From Perkinsus chesapeaki ATCC PRA-425 (lineage: Eukaryota > Protista > Perkinsozoa), in contig JAAPAO010000052.1 in the NCBI GenBank assembly GCA_013115145.1, positions 37,869 through 101,868 of the forward strand: DNA of 64,000 nt, given 5' to 3'. Positions 52,487 through 64,000 of this stretch are shown here, one piece after another. The position numbers were made by a program, and so were the translations under genes. Within the stretch, counting starts at the first letter, position 1, and every line of letters begins with the position of its first letter. The notes below the pieces were generated by a model. The model saw only the letters and a list, made by a program, of their open reading frames with translations. It was not told where the DNA came from and did not search any database.

Positions 52487-54807
52487 TTAATGCATTTGAT
52501 ATTCCTCATCTTTAACGAATGCACGTAGCCTTTTAGTCTTACGTAGCTCTTTACGGAAGTATCTATATAACAGTATAACTATCCTATTATTATAATCATT
52601 AACTTACTTCCTCTTTCTTGTTACACATCCTACTGCTGCAGCTATATGCCTACATGCTGTATCTACAAAGATGCCTATTAATACAATAATCTATATCATT
52701 ACCCATAGCTGCACCATAATGATGATAATGATGCCCTTCAAAATCATCATATACCCCAATATCCCTAACATCGGCTGCTTCCTCTTCTTCTTCATCATCA
52801 TCAAGTGGTGTTGTTATTTGTGTATAGTGTGTATGTTGTCCTGGTGCTATTGGATTACTAACTTGCTTGGCCCCCTTATAGTACCTCCTATTGTTGATGC
52901 AGCAGCAGCCTCCCTCTCCTCCCTATCTAATACAAAGTCAAGCCTATCTAAGTTATCAAGTACATCATCTTCGATAGAATCCAAATCCGAGTCAGGCATC
53001 TTATATCGTAGTGCTTATACTGTAAGTTATTATAATTATTATTACTGTAAATGATGGATGTTGTATTGCTGGATTAGCACTATCTAACCAATGCTCTATA
53101 TTGCGTGGGTTCATACTTACGAAAGATTCATAAAGAGTCATAGAAAGGTCTTTGCTTATTGATATAACCTAGTTCAACATTATCATCACCAGTATTTGCT
53201 GTTATACACTGTATTATTATTATATTACAGTATGGGCTATACCACCCGAAAATAGGCATACATCACCAGGTCTTATTAATACTATTCTACATGCCTTCTT
53301 TAATGCTGATATCTCTCCTATTGTTAATGGTGGCTCGAATGTCTGCCGTCCTAGTTTATCCAATACCTATACTAATTAATGACTATTACCATATTATAAT
53401 AATATAATTACATCATTACTATCAGCTACTGACCACAATGCTAATAGCTTCCATCCAGTATAATTCTTACCTATATTAGACCATAAGCATTGATCAACAT
53501 GTAGGCATCTAAATACATATGATATACTACTACAAACTATTATCATATATTACTTTCCAGAGTTCTTCCCACCAATGAATAACCCTTCGTCATATCTATC
53601 CCAATACATATACCTATATCACTATAACCCTAAACTATTACTACTATTAATACATTCTATCAGCTGGCTTTGGTCTTATACTCTCAGCTATATCCTTAAT
53701 ATCCAATCTAGATACTGTTTTAACTATTTCCCCACTAATTGGGTGTGGGTATGCATCCTTATACCTATCATCATTATTATTATTGTCCCTATTATTGTTG
53801 TGTACCTGAGTTCTGTCATATATACACTATCCTTATCAATAGTATGTTTATTATCTTCAAAGCCAGTCTCCAGGTAATGTATCTTATCTCGTATAGAGCA
53901 CCCATCAACCTCTTTTTGAATCTTATTGCCCCCTTTCTCCTAAATATATAATAACTTGTCCCCGCATAACACCCCTCTACCTATACTACCGCATAACAAA
54001 ACCGTGCATTATATTTATCCATCATATGTGGCGTAAAGCTCTTTACTAGATCATATGCATTATCATAACTATGTAATCGCTGTGTTATATCGTATGGTAT
54101 AGATCCTTCTAGACCTAGTTTACGTATCTACCGTATCTATATCATCCTATATAGCCCTTCAATACATTATTACTCACCCCATCAGGTATAACCCAACATT
54201 CGTCTAAATGACTCGAGTTGATTAATTCATACCTACCCAACAACACTTGAACAATATGTTGCTATATTATTATTACATGAAATCAACTTTACTATATACC
54301 ATTCTTGGCCATTTACTTTGATCACCTATTATATCCATAGGCCAACTACCCTTTAATTGCTCTATTGCCTCAGCATTTAGATATTCGTCTGGGTCTGGTG
54401 GTACTCTAGGTAGACTAACCCCATCCCTCATCATTTTAAGTATACGTGATGATTCTGATAATGTTAACATATTTTAACAACCATCAGCAACAACAACCAA
54501 ACGAAAACTGCATTATAAATATGAATGACTACTATTATATAGTATCGAATTAAGGCTACTAGCCTATATTACTAATAGCTATCAATAATACACTTCGGGT
54601 ATATTGTAGCTTATCTATTCTTTTACTATCATCATCATCATCTATAAAGATCACACATAATATAGGACCACCCAATTCCCCATCTTGTGCGCCACCATTG
54701 GGACGCGCGCGTCGACGGTGGTTAGCGGCGGAAAATTGAACTTTTCCAATCACTAGGGAACTGAGGCCCGCGAGTCTCCCGTTGATACTACTAGTGGACC
54801 GTAACAT
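52487..54807 (-). CDS. JmjC-domain protein (putative hydroxylase/demethylase)
   Basis: CLHVDQCLWSN (HxD) and LIRPGDVCLFSGGIAHTV (distal His); acidic tail ending DEEYQMH*. Start uncertain. Confidence 0.65.
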
Positions 54808-54867
54808 TTAAGCTAGTCTTGAAGTTTAATAGTGATATCCTGTATTGTATCAGTTTGATAGTTCATT

Positions 54868-55825
54868 ATGAGTGGTACATCAGTTATTGGATCACTACAA
54901 CATTTAGAGAGGACATTAGATGAGTTATGTCCAAAGTTAAGACCATGTAATATAGGGTGGAGGATATGATACTTAATCGATGCAGTAAGAGAATATATCA
55001 ATGATTATTAAAAGTTTTACGGTTAATAACTTATATATCAAGTGTTATATATAGTATTGGAATATGTTATAGACTAGGACGTGTGCAGGGGCGGGGGGGG
55101 GATGTTGATTATACAGGTATTAGCAGTGTATCATGTGATATACAACTATCAAAGGCATATTCAACATCTATTGAAGAAGTACATAAAATAAGTGGTAGAG
55201 TAAAGAATGATGTAGATGATGATACAGTACATAAATGTGATGTATGTGATGGGCCTGTTAATGCTACATTCCAATCACTAGGCTCACATATGTAAGTACA
55301 CTACTATTACTTATCAATAACATAAGCCAGCTTTATAGGGATGTACAACCTAAACGTCTATTAATTGATTGGGTTACTGATTATACTAAACGTAAGACCT
55401 ATCCCAGTGGTAAATGCCGTATTGTATGTGGAAAGTGTGCATTACTATCTGATCTAGGATTACTAAGTTATCTATCCACTATAGGTGGTGATGAAGGTAA
55501 TTATTGAAGATGATACCAATAATTCCACTGCTTTTATTCAGCTACCTTATGTGAGGTTGCATCACATCATACTGTAGTTAATGGTAGTAAAGGTGATCTT
55601 AGTGACGTGTTGGCTACTGCTATGGCGTTATATGTATTAAGAAGGGAGATTGAACAACAAATAAAGGCAGTTAAAGCCAATGATATGGGTAGTAACATAC
55701 CTAACTCAATACGTGATACCATAGGATATGTATTAGTAGATACTTTACCAGAGGTTTTATACTTAACGAATAATGATAGCAGTAAGGTGGCATCTAAACA
55801 ACGTCATAAAAAGAGAAAACAATAA
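54868..55825 (+). CDS. Hypothetical protein with CxxC pairs
   Basis: VHKCDVCDGPV...CRIVCGKCALL; last exon LATAMALYVLRREIEQQIK...RHKKRKQ*. Confidence 0.4.
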
Positions 55826-55932
55826 CAGCAACAACAACGGAAGGCAACAGCCCTCGCTTAAAACGTTTCACCAGACTAAAGAATTAGTGCCGAGTTAATG
55901 GGAGGTAGATATTGATTATTATTGCAACTCTA

Positions 55933-56031
55933 TTTAGACGTGAATAAAGCATCATAAAGGGAGGGGTGTTGATAGCAATATATTTATTAAATTGTATTTT
56001 ACCGTATGGGCATAAGAACATGGGTTAGGGT
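55933..56031 (+). pseudogene. Decayed duplicate of two exon fragments of the gene near 59.1 kb
   Basis: Shares tttagacgtgaa, aataaagcatc, cgtatggg and catgggttaggg in the same order with 59107-59232, but with indels and a lost frame. Confidence 0.55.
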
Positions 56032-56139
56032 ATTTTGTTGAAGCCCGCATCGGTCTCGTATATCAACGATAAGCCTTGCGTCTAACAATTAGTATCATAC
56101 AGAATGTGAAACAGATTTGCCACCTTATTAGATTTAGTT

Positions 56140-58901
56140 ATGTCAGCCCGAATGGTGAGAAATAATGATACTCATAGTAAGGAGGTTGATACTAAGAAGG
56201 TGGTAGTAGCCAAGGGTAGTTGGTGGCTGAGACCTATACTTGTATACATTATATTTATAATATTATCTATATTTAATATGTAATGAAGGAGTATAATATT
56301 GGAAGGCGATTTGAACGCACGCTTCAGGTTCATTCTCTTACTTACACAGTACGATAATAAAACATCGGTGGGTTAATAGAATGATGTAGGGTTAATACTT
56401 GTAGGGTTTCATTAGTAGGCCTTATCATTAACATCAGCAACATCAGCAGCAGTTGACAGACTGCCCCCCTCACCCATCTTAACACCTCGTCGACGTTTGT
56501 CATCATCACCGATAACCCAACCATTACTGTCTATTAATGATCTAGCAAATAAGACCGATGCTGAACTGAAGAAAATAGGATTTGGTAATATATACGTACC
56601 GGACTGGAGTATAGCTGCAGTTGTTATTATTATTATGTAGGGCTGGATGAACGATATTTAAATGCTTTATATCGAAGAATAACAAAAGAGATAGATGGAG
56701 TATTAAAAGGGATACAAAATGTGATATCATCATCGAATATCTCATTCTTATCATGATGATCCTCAAACTTATTCCAATTAATTGAACTGCTGCTGCTGCT
56801 CCTGTTTCAGCGTTCTGCATTGGTATTATTTGCTGATACTTTCTGGGGAGCAATGCAAGAGAATAGAGAGTATGGTCCATGTCCTGTAAAATGTGAATAT
56901 ACTAATGATAGAAGAAGAGCAAAGGAAGGTAGTAGTAGTGGTTAATAGTTATAATATATAATGTAAATCATCATCATCAGCTAATGCAATAGTACATCAT
57001 ATGATTGATTTTAATGGGTTCTTATTCGATGATAAGCCTAATAATCAGAAATGGATAGCATTACAAATTGAACCTGATAATCTTCATTCAAGGATTAGAT
57101 CAAGAAAACTATTAAAACATGTAATATAGAAAAAGATGGGTAATTGAGGGTTAATGGGAATAATGATAATGTTTAGTTTGATGCAACAGCATCGATAATC
57201 GTTGGTGGACATGAACCAGAGGCTAAAGAATCAGGTTATTTGATAATAACTCTATTATTACATCATCATCATCAACACCGCTATCAGCAGGTGTAAAAAC
57301 ACATATAGCAGCATTCCTTCTGGAGTGGATGGAGAACCCACAAATGTGGCGACCAGATAGGGTTATAATACTTATCTTAATAGTTATCATCTACATACTT
57401 TTCTTATAACTCAGGCTCTATCATTCGAGCAACGAAGTAAGAATGCAGTATATTTGCAGAACGCTTGCGACTCTCCAACAGGCCGTTATGATTTTGTAAA
57501 AAAGGATACTCATTACTGCTGGTGGTGGTGCAGTGTTATTACTGTAGTTGTACAGGTATCATCATTAATGGAACATTATCCAGTTGATGCTATGGGACCA
57601 TGTATGCATAATAAAGATGATGATAGACATTTTAATAATCCATCTGATATATTACAAAAGTGATAATAGATAAAGGGAAGTCCTAATAATAATAGTAGTC
57701 TCTATTATCAGTTACTTGTTTTATATTGCGGTTGAGCCATATGAATTATATTGCTCAGAAAAGGTGTATAGAGCTTTTAAGGTATTAATGTCTGATATAA
57801 TGTGTATTAATATAATGTCTAAGTGTAGGGTGGTGCAATACCTGTCTTTCGGGGTTGCCCAGATATTATCAAATTCATACCTAATCAAGATGCTATCATT
57901 AACATTGACGATTTCCCTGGACCACGTGAAGTTGCTGAGTAATATCCTTACCTATCATAGTCATTTAGCATTTAATAGTGATGTTAGATACATGCATAGA
58001 GTTGCTAATGATAAGGAATTATGGATGAAACATACAGCTTGGCGAAATAAACCAGGAAATATTAAAGAGGCTTTTATTCGCTTCCATCGATTCAAGTAAT
58101 ATAAGTATTTGATAATGGTATAATAGTATTTAATATACTAGGTACATGCAATCACAGTGCAGAATATGTATCTTTAGCTTAACTGGTAAAGATCCGTTGC
58201 AGGTCGGTTCGGAGGTATGGGATGTACCACTCAAACCGGAACGTCCTCTAAGCTTCGCCGAAAAGGAAAGAGTAAAGTTATACGTCAGATGTAGTCTAGA
58301 GTATGATAACGATATTGAATTAGGTATTAAAGTGGTCAGCTAGAGCTGATAGGCTTCGTGATAAATGGCAATCATTAGATGAAGATTTAACACCTTCCAC
58401 TCTAGCACCTGCAGTTGAGGAAGGTAACCCTCCATTAACATCAGATGACCAAAGACCATATCCTGCTCCAATTCATTTATCCTGCCAATGGAGTAAGGTT
58501 AGTGATAATAATACAACTGATGATGATGTATTACCACTACATCTAATAATGGTTTTAATACCAGTCTTAGATATCATTCAATAGGATAGATCCTTATCCC
58601 TATGCTCGCTTATCTATGGCTAAAGCAAGGTGTGAAGAACTAGGACAGCAATGTACATCAGTACGACGTTATAGGGAAGGTAGGGAAACATTATAATAAT
58701 AATTAAACAGCAGAAGCTTTAGGGAACCACTTCTTTTGGATCACTACTACCACTTCAAGTGTTGGTAGTAGTGAAGCATCTGGTGGATGGCAACAAGGGT
58801 ATCACAAGACAATCGATGAAGTAAAGATATTATTATATATTTTAATAACAGATATTCAGGTATGGATAAAGGATAGTGAGTGTGGTATAATAAACATATA
58901 A
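56140..58901 (+). CDS. GT10-family alpha-1,3-fucosyltransferase-like type II membrane protein with a Cys-containing C-terminal extension
   Basis: N-terminal TM (WLRPILVYIIFIILSIF), CPVKCEYTNDR, QKWIALQIEP, LMEHYPVDAMGPCMHNK, YLFYIAVEPYELYCSEKVYRAF, GAIPVFRG and IINIDDF. Confidence 0.8.
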
Positions 58902-59106
58902 TGAAGAGTCTACTGTAATAGTATACCTTGTAATAGCCATGTCCTTGTTCCTGTACGTTGTTCTGTATACATAAGGCATATAGTGTTCTTAGTGTTCATT
59001 ATGTTCAATGGTGGGAAGGGGTGGGGCATTGACTAGTAATAATCTAAGTCATTGAGAACTGTGCGTTCCATGCTTTATTGTACTATTTATTATTATGGCA
59101 TTTCGA

Positions 59107-59828
59107 TTTAGACGTGAAGGTGATAGAATAAAGCATCGTATGCATGAAGAGGTAGTATTATTAATAATACTATATTTATATAATTACAGTGTATCTTACT
59201 TAGCGTATGGGTATGAGACCATGGGTTAGGGATTTTAAGTGGAGAGTGTTTGGATGGCATTATGAGTATTATATGGGCAATAAGGTTATTATTAACATGT
59301 TCGAGAGTACGTCTTAGTATATCTTCTTAACTTCAGGCACGACAATCTCTACTTAAAGATCAAAAGTTAGCGCCTGCTATGCAAGTGTTATGTGATCTTA
59401 AAGCAAATGGTGTATCCACTAAAGGCCTTAATGCATCTAAAGGTAGATGATGGGAATGCTAGGTATTACTGTTATTAGTTAATATAGGTGCTGACAATCG
59501 TCCAGAACATGGCCCATTAGAATTTAATAAAACTAAATACTTTACATGGCGTCCGTGTATACCTAATATTGTAGGGCATTTTATACCATCTTATACTATT
59601 ACTATTAATGATAGATACCTCATCGAAAAAGTACAAGCCCTTTTTGCAAGTAATAGTAGTATGTGTTATGTTATTATTATCATTATTATTAGAGTATCAT
59701 CTAATATGACAGGATGGACTGAATTACATAATAAGCGTATACCAGATCCAATACCAAAGGGATGGAGTGCACATAATCAAGGAATAGGAGGTATTATTAC
59801 ATTAGCAAAGACGGTAGTATTATGTTAG
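59107..59828 (+). CDS. Hypothetical basic protein (first exon unresolved)
   Basis: RREGDRIKHRMHEE|RMGMRPWVRDFKWRVFGWHYEYYMGNK|ARQSLLKDQK...|...TGWTELHNKRIPDPIPKGWSAHNQG. Confidence 0.45.
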
Positions 59829-60017
59829 TAGGTACTGATGATAGTGTACCAATACATCCACAATATCAATAGTGTATTATCATCATCATGTGTAATGTGG
59901 TTATTAATGATTAATGTTTCAGTTATAATATCTGTGTTGCATTATTATCGTTAGTTATATATAGCTTCTTTACACTATAACGCATAACTTAGCAGCACAA
60001 GGATGAGACAACATGAA

Positions 60018-61400
60018 TTACCGAGCACTAAATGAGGAAGTGATAGTTGATGGAACATGTTCCTTCCTCCTTCTTAGATTCATCATCATTCTATCACCCG
60101 TAGTATCCAACATTTCCCTATTCAATATCAGTATAACTGTTACGAAGCTATTAGATTACCGTAGATGATGTCTCATCTTATTCTTTATAATAGACTCTAC
60201 AGTATTACCAACCTCACTACTAGATGTAGTGTTTGGGAGTATTGATGCAAGTAGGATATCTATCTGTTATTGAAACCTTATATAACCCTTGTATAACCAT
60301 TTACTTCATTATCATTATATGATCCTAGTCTTCTTCTTGCTGTATTAACACTAGGAGCTTCCTCTTCTTCTGTATGATTTAATCGTGCTGAAATCTCTTT
60401 TATTCTAGACCCTATCTGTAAATATCAATGTTATCGGATAACAAGTCACCTACTCATCCTATTCTCTGTTCTTGTATCCCCTTTATACCCTTTCCTATTA
60501 TCCCTCCTTGTTTTGCTACATTTTCCAGTGTGCCCCTCCGTATGAGTGCCTTGTCTTGTTGTATTCCAATAGAACCTTACTGTATTGTTGTATTCTATTA
60601 AATGCTGTGGTATCCTAACCACCTAGCAGCATGTCCCTTATCGCTTAAATCATGACCACAACTGCAGAGGGCGAGCGGTCCAGCGACACAGTTGCATTCG
60701 GCCCAGATAATACGACATCTGGAGCATCGTCGGCGCTCAATAGATAAAGCGAATTGTATGCCTAAAGGGGTAAGGAGTGTTGTATGGGATATTATGGATA
60801 TTATATTACACATGCAATCTTTAACACTGCAGTGTCCCAGTTTAGTATTAGGCTCATGCCTTGAAAGACGATGTCCACACTTACATACATGTGTATTTCT
60901 TATATATTACTATAATACATTTAATACTTATTACTACTACCTTTTCAATCTAATACATTCCTTATCACAGCTTATACAATTCCATGTACCCCAAGCATCC
61001 ATATGATACCACCAAAAGTATCTATCCTCTCTTGGTGCATAACCCAATAACGTTGTTGTTATTTACTTGTCAAGTTGATCCTCCTTTTTGCCCTTGTTGT
61101 ATGATGATGTTTTACTATCCCTCTTATAGTACATTGTTGTTGAGGGCCGTGTTATTTTATTATCATCACCCTCTAATAATGCATCTCTTGCTTCTAATAT
61201 CTACATTATTAATAATGAGTATCCATCATAACACCTAACCGTATAACCTCTTGAAACTGTAGTGTTGCATCTATCGTTGAATTCTTATCAGGATGCAACT
61301 TTAATGCCAATCTTCTGTATGCCGATCGTATAAGTTGTGGTGATGCATCTAATGGAATACCAAGCTTCTCGCTAGCAACAACCTTAGCGAGACCTGTCAT
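60018..61400 (-). CDS. J-domain (DnaJ/Hsp40 type III) protein with Cys/His-rich motifs
   Basis: [28 protein letters not shown] (HPD); later [18 protein letters not shown] and [12 protein letters not shown]. Confidence 0.8.
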
Positions 61401-61716
61401 AAAATAACAACAACATACTGCTCTTTAGTAATGCTGTAATATTCTATAATAACATACGGTGTAGAATGATCGATTAGTTTCGTATAAAGTACACCTTTTA
61501 ACACCTAACTCGCAGTCAGTTGAAGTGATTTAAAAATGTTCGAGGGTGAATGTGAAAAACCCACACAAATAAAAACAATAGATTTCGCTGAAATAAAGTA
61601 AGTAGGATTTCATTGAAGATTGCAATATGACCCCAATTTAAATATCCTGCAATCGTATGTCAATGCAGTGCAATAAGATGGTGGCACAAGAGATGCACCA
61701 CGAGATGTGGTGTAGT

Positions 61717-61787
61717 GCCTCTTTGGTCTAGTGGATGAGATGATTAACTCGTGTGGATTAGACTCGGGTTCAAATCTTAGACCTCAC
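61717..61787 (+). pseudogene. tRNA-like relic with intact Pol III A and B boxes
   Basis: TGGTCTAGTGG (61724-61734) and GGTTCAAATC (61767-61776) at tRNA spacing. The D stem pairs, but the acceptor and anticodon stems do not. Confidence 0.4.
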
Positions 61788-61997
61788 ATTTGCAATTCCT
61801 CAGAAGGTTTTGGCGCGTGACTATTTGGCGGAGCGATTCGTTGCTCTGTTTTTCGCTTGCGCTATGTGCGAAGCGATGTGGCTGAAGGCTTTATTTAAAC
61901 TGAAGTTTAGAGACGTACAGCTGTAGGCGGATGCATCATCCATTGACTTATGTTAACCTATTAATTTGCTATTAGTTCATTTTCTACCAGTTGTACA

Positions 61998-63301
61998 ATG
62001 GCATCCATCTTCGAGTCCTGTGATTTGGCTCCCCCGGATCCGATCCTCGGTACCGCCACTGCTTACAAGGCAGATCCTTCCCCCAACAAGGTTAACCTTG
62101 GTATTGGTGCCTACCGTGATGAGGAGGGTAACCCTAAGGTCCTCGATGTTGTCCGTAAGGTCGATCAGCAGTTGGCCGCTGATATGAAGGTCGATAAGGA
62201 ATACGCTCCTATTGACGGTTTCCCGGCTCTTAAGCCCCTCAGTCAGCGTCTCCTTTTCGGCGAGTCCAGTGATAGAATTTGCAGCAGTCAGGCTTTGTCC
62301 GGCACTGGATCCTTAAGGCTCATCGGTGAGTTTGCCGCTAAGTTCCTTAACAAGCCCGCTATCTATATATCTGATCCTACCTGGGGTAACCATATCAAGA
62401 TCTTCGAGAAGTCTGGCCTCGAAGTCAGGAAGTACCCTTACTGGGATAATCAGAACCGTGCCATCAACTTCGAGGGCACCCTTCAGGCCCTCTCTGAGGC
62501 CCCTGCTGGATCTCTTGTTCTTCTCCATGCCTGTGCTCATAACCCTACTGGTATGGATTTCAACCACGAACAGTGGCAGCAACTCCAGAAGCTCCTTGCT
62601 GAGAAGAACCTCATTCCCGTCCTCGATAATGCCTATCAGGGGTAAGTAAGGGTAATTGATGTCTTCTTCTTAAGTATTACTGCGGCGTGTGGTATTCAAC
62701 CGACCACTTTTGGCTTTTATATATTTTAATTCTATTGTTATTCAGATACGCTTCTGGTGATCTTGAGGCTGATGCTTATGCTCTTCATCTCTTCTACAAG
62801 TCCGGTATGGAGTTCTTCGTTTCTCAAAGTTTCGCTAAGAACTTTGGCCTTTACGGTGAGCGTGCCGGTATGTGCCATTTCGTCACTAAGAGTGCCGACT
62901 TGGCAGCCCGCGCCCTTAGTCAGCTCAAGCTGATTATCCGCCCCATGTACTCTTCTCCCCCGATTCACGGAGGTTTGATCGTCAAGACTATTCTTGAGGA
63001 CCCCAAGCTCGAGCAGGAGTGGAAGGATGAGCTCAAGGTCATTAGTGGCAGAATTGCCAAGTACCGTATCCTCCTGTCTGATGGTCTTACTGCTAAGGGC
63101 ACACCTGGTAACTGGGATCATATTAAGAAGCAGATTGGTATGTTCTCCTTTACTGGTCTTACCGTCCCCCAGTGTGAGCGTATGATCAATAAGCATCATA
63201 TCTATATGCTTAAGAATGGTCGTATCTCCATGGCTGGCTTGAACCACGGTAACATTCAGTACGTTATTGATGCCATGGATGAGTGTGTACGTAACTGTTA
63301 G
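61998..63301 (+). CDS. GOT1: Aspartate aminotransferase (exons 61998-62641, 62746-63301)
   Basis: APPDPILG, KVNLGIGAYRD, QALSGTGSLR, HACAHNPTG, DNAYQG|YASG, SQSFAKNFGLYGER (PLP lysine) and QIGMFSFTGL. Confidence 0.96.
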
Positions 63302-63931
63302 AAAATGTTCCTGAATGCTTTAAGAGTACTCGACATACCAACTTAGGTGGTGGTGGTGGAAGTTAATCGAAAGAACGCTCCACCTTTCCTCCTACTCCTG
63401 TACAAATGCTTTTAGAGCACATTCCAATAACATGCGTCTTGTGTTATGATGATAAGTGATCATGAGAGGGGCTGGAAGCAGTTAGCGGAGGCGTATATGT
63501 ACGAAGTTGGTCCCACGCTGTACGGTGGTAAGAGAGAATGTTGTTCAGATGAATAATGAGAAAGGATAGGGAAGTGTAATACAACTGATGACGAAGGGAC
63601 ATGGGAATGATTATTATTATTATCACATACATATGATGATGAAGCTGAAGCCGCCGCCAATTTAGTCTTTCCTAGTGTTGTACACTTGTTAATCAACCTG
63701 CTGTGAGATCGGCTGCATGGCAGGCTTACTGCTGTGAAGTGTACATACTTTGTGTTAGTCTGTCCCAAGGAGCTAAGATATGCTAACTTTGTGTTGGTTA
63801 TCTCCTCTAGCTCAGCAGCGGCAGCAGCACTGTTTATTTATAACCCTGTAGTATATATTCAATTGTTGATGTTGCGAGGCTGTGCTAAAGCATTCCATTC
63901 TTCGCAGTTTATCATTCGCTCAACCTCAGCT

Positions 63932-64000
63932 ATGTCATCCATCTTCGAGTGCTGTGATTTGGCTCCTCCAGATCCGATTCTCGGTACAACAACTGCCTAT
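63932..64000 (+). CDS. GOT1: Second, tandem aspartate aminotransferase copy (5' end only; runs off the window)
   Basis: MSSIFECCDLAPPDPILGTTTAY versus MASIFESCDLAPPDPILGTATAY in copy 1. Confidence 0.88.
   Translation, partial: MSSIFECCDLAPPDPILGTTTAY

Noticed and set aside
31052-58901. GDP-mannose/fucosylation gene cluster
   Set aside because: The two genes are more than 23 kb apart with many unrelated genes between, and no GMD or FX gene is present.
61717-61787. Functional tRNA gene
   Set aside because: The acceptor (GCCTCTT/ACCTCAC) and anticodon stems do not pair.
62313-63247. Minus-strand ORFs of 89 and 169 aa in the ORF track
   Set aside because: Antisense shadows of the codon-biased aminotransferase. 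Most other short track ORFs are likewise exon-intron read-throughs or low-complexity artefacts.

Overview
Eukaryotic nuclear DNA that is gene-dense and intron-rich. Most introns are about 40-100 nt GT-AG, and the sequence is full of trinucleotide microsatellites. Gene style, intron size and protein families point to a perkinsid alveolate such as Perkinsus (inference, not a database result). By hand-splicing I count about 31 genes, arranged in co-oriented blocks. Recognisable products are a DHX34-type DEAH helicase, an LMBR1-family membrane protein, a CDK12/13-like kinase, a SulP-STAS-cNMP transporter, a 3xRRM protein, GDP-mannose pyrophosphorylase, a GPI-type mucin-like surface protein, a CPBP protease, choline/ethanolamine phosphotransferase, a 2OG-Fe(II) oxygenase, a PH-RING protein, a JmjC protein, a GT10 fucosyltransferase, a DnaJ protein and two tandem aspartate aminotransferases. 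Two things stand out. First, a minus-strand model at 20117-24161 appears to join Unkempt/TZF-type CCCH zinc fingers to a catalytically degenerate IRE1/RNase-L-like kinase plus KEN-like module, with no lumenal or transmembrane part. Second, a 1004-nt hairpin-dense intron lies inside DHX34 (4586-5589). There is one N gap (41677-41772), inside a 30-bp coding tandem repeat. No CRISPR array, rRNA or autonomous mobile element was seen. Multi-exon coordinates are outer spans from manual splicing, and the starts of hypothetical genes are uncertain.
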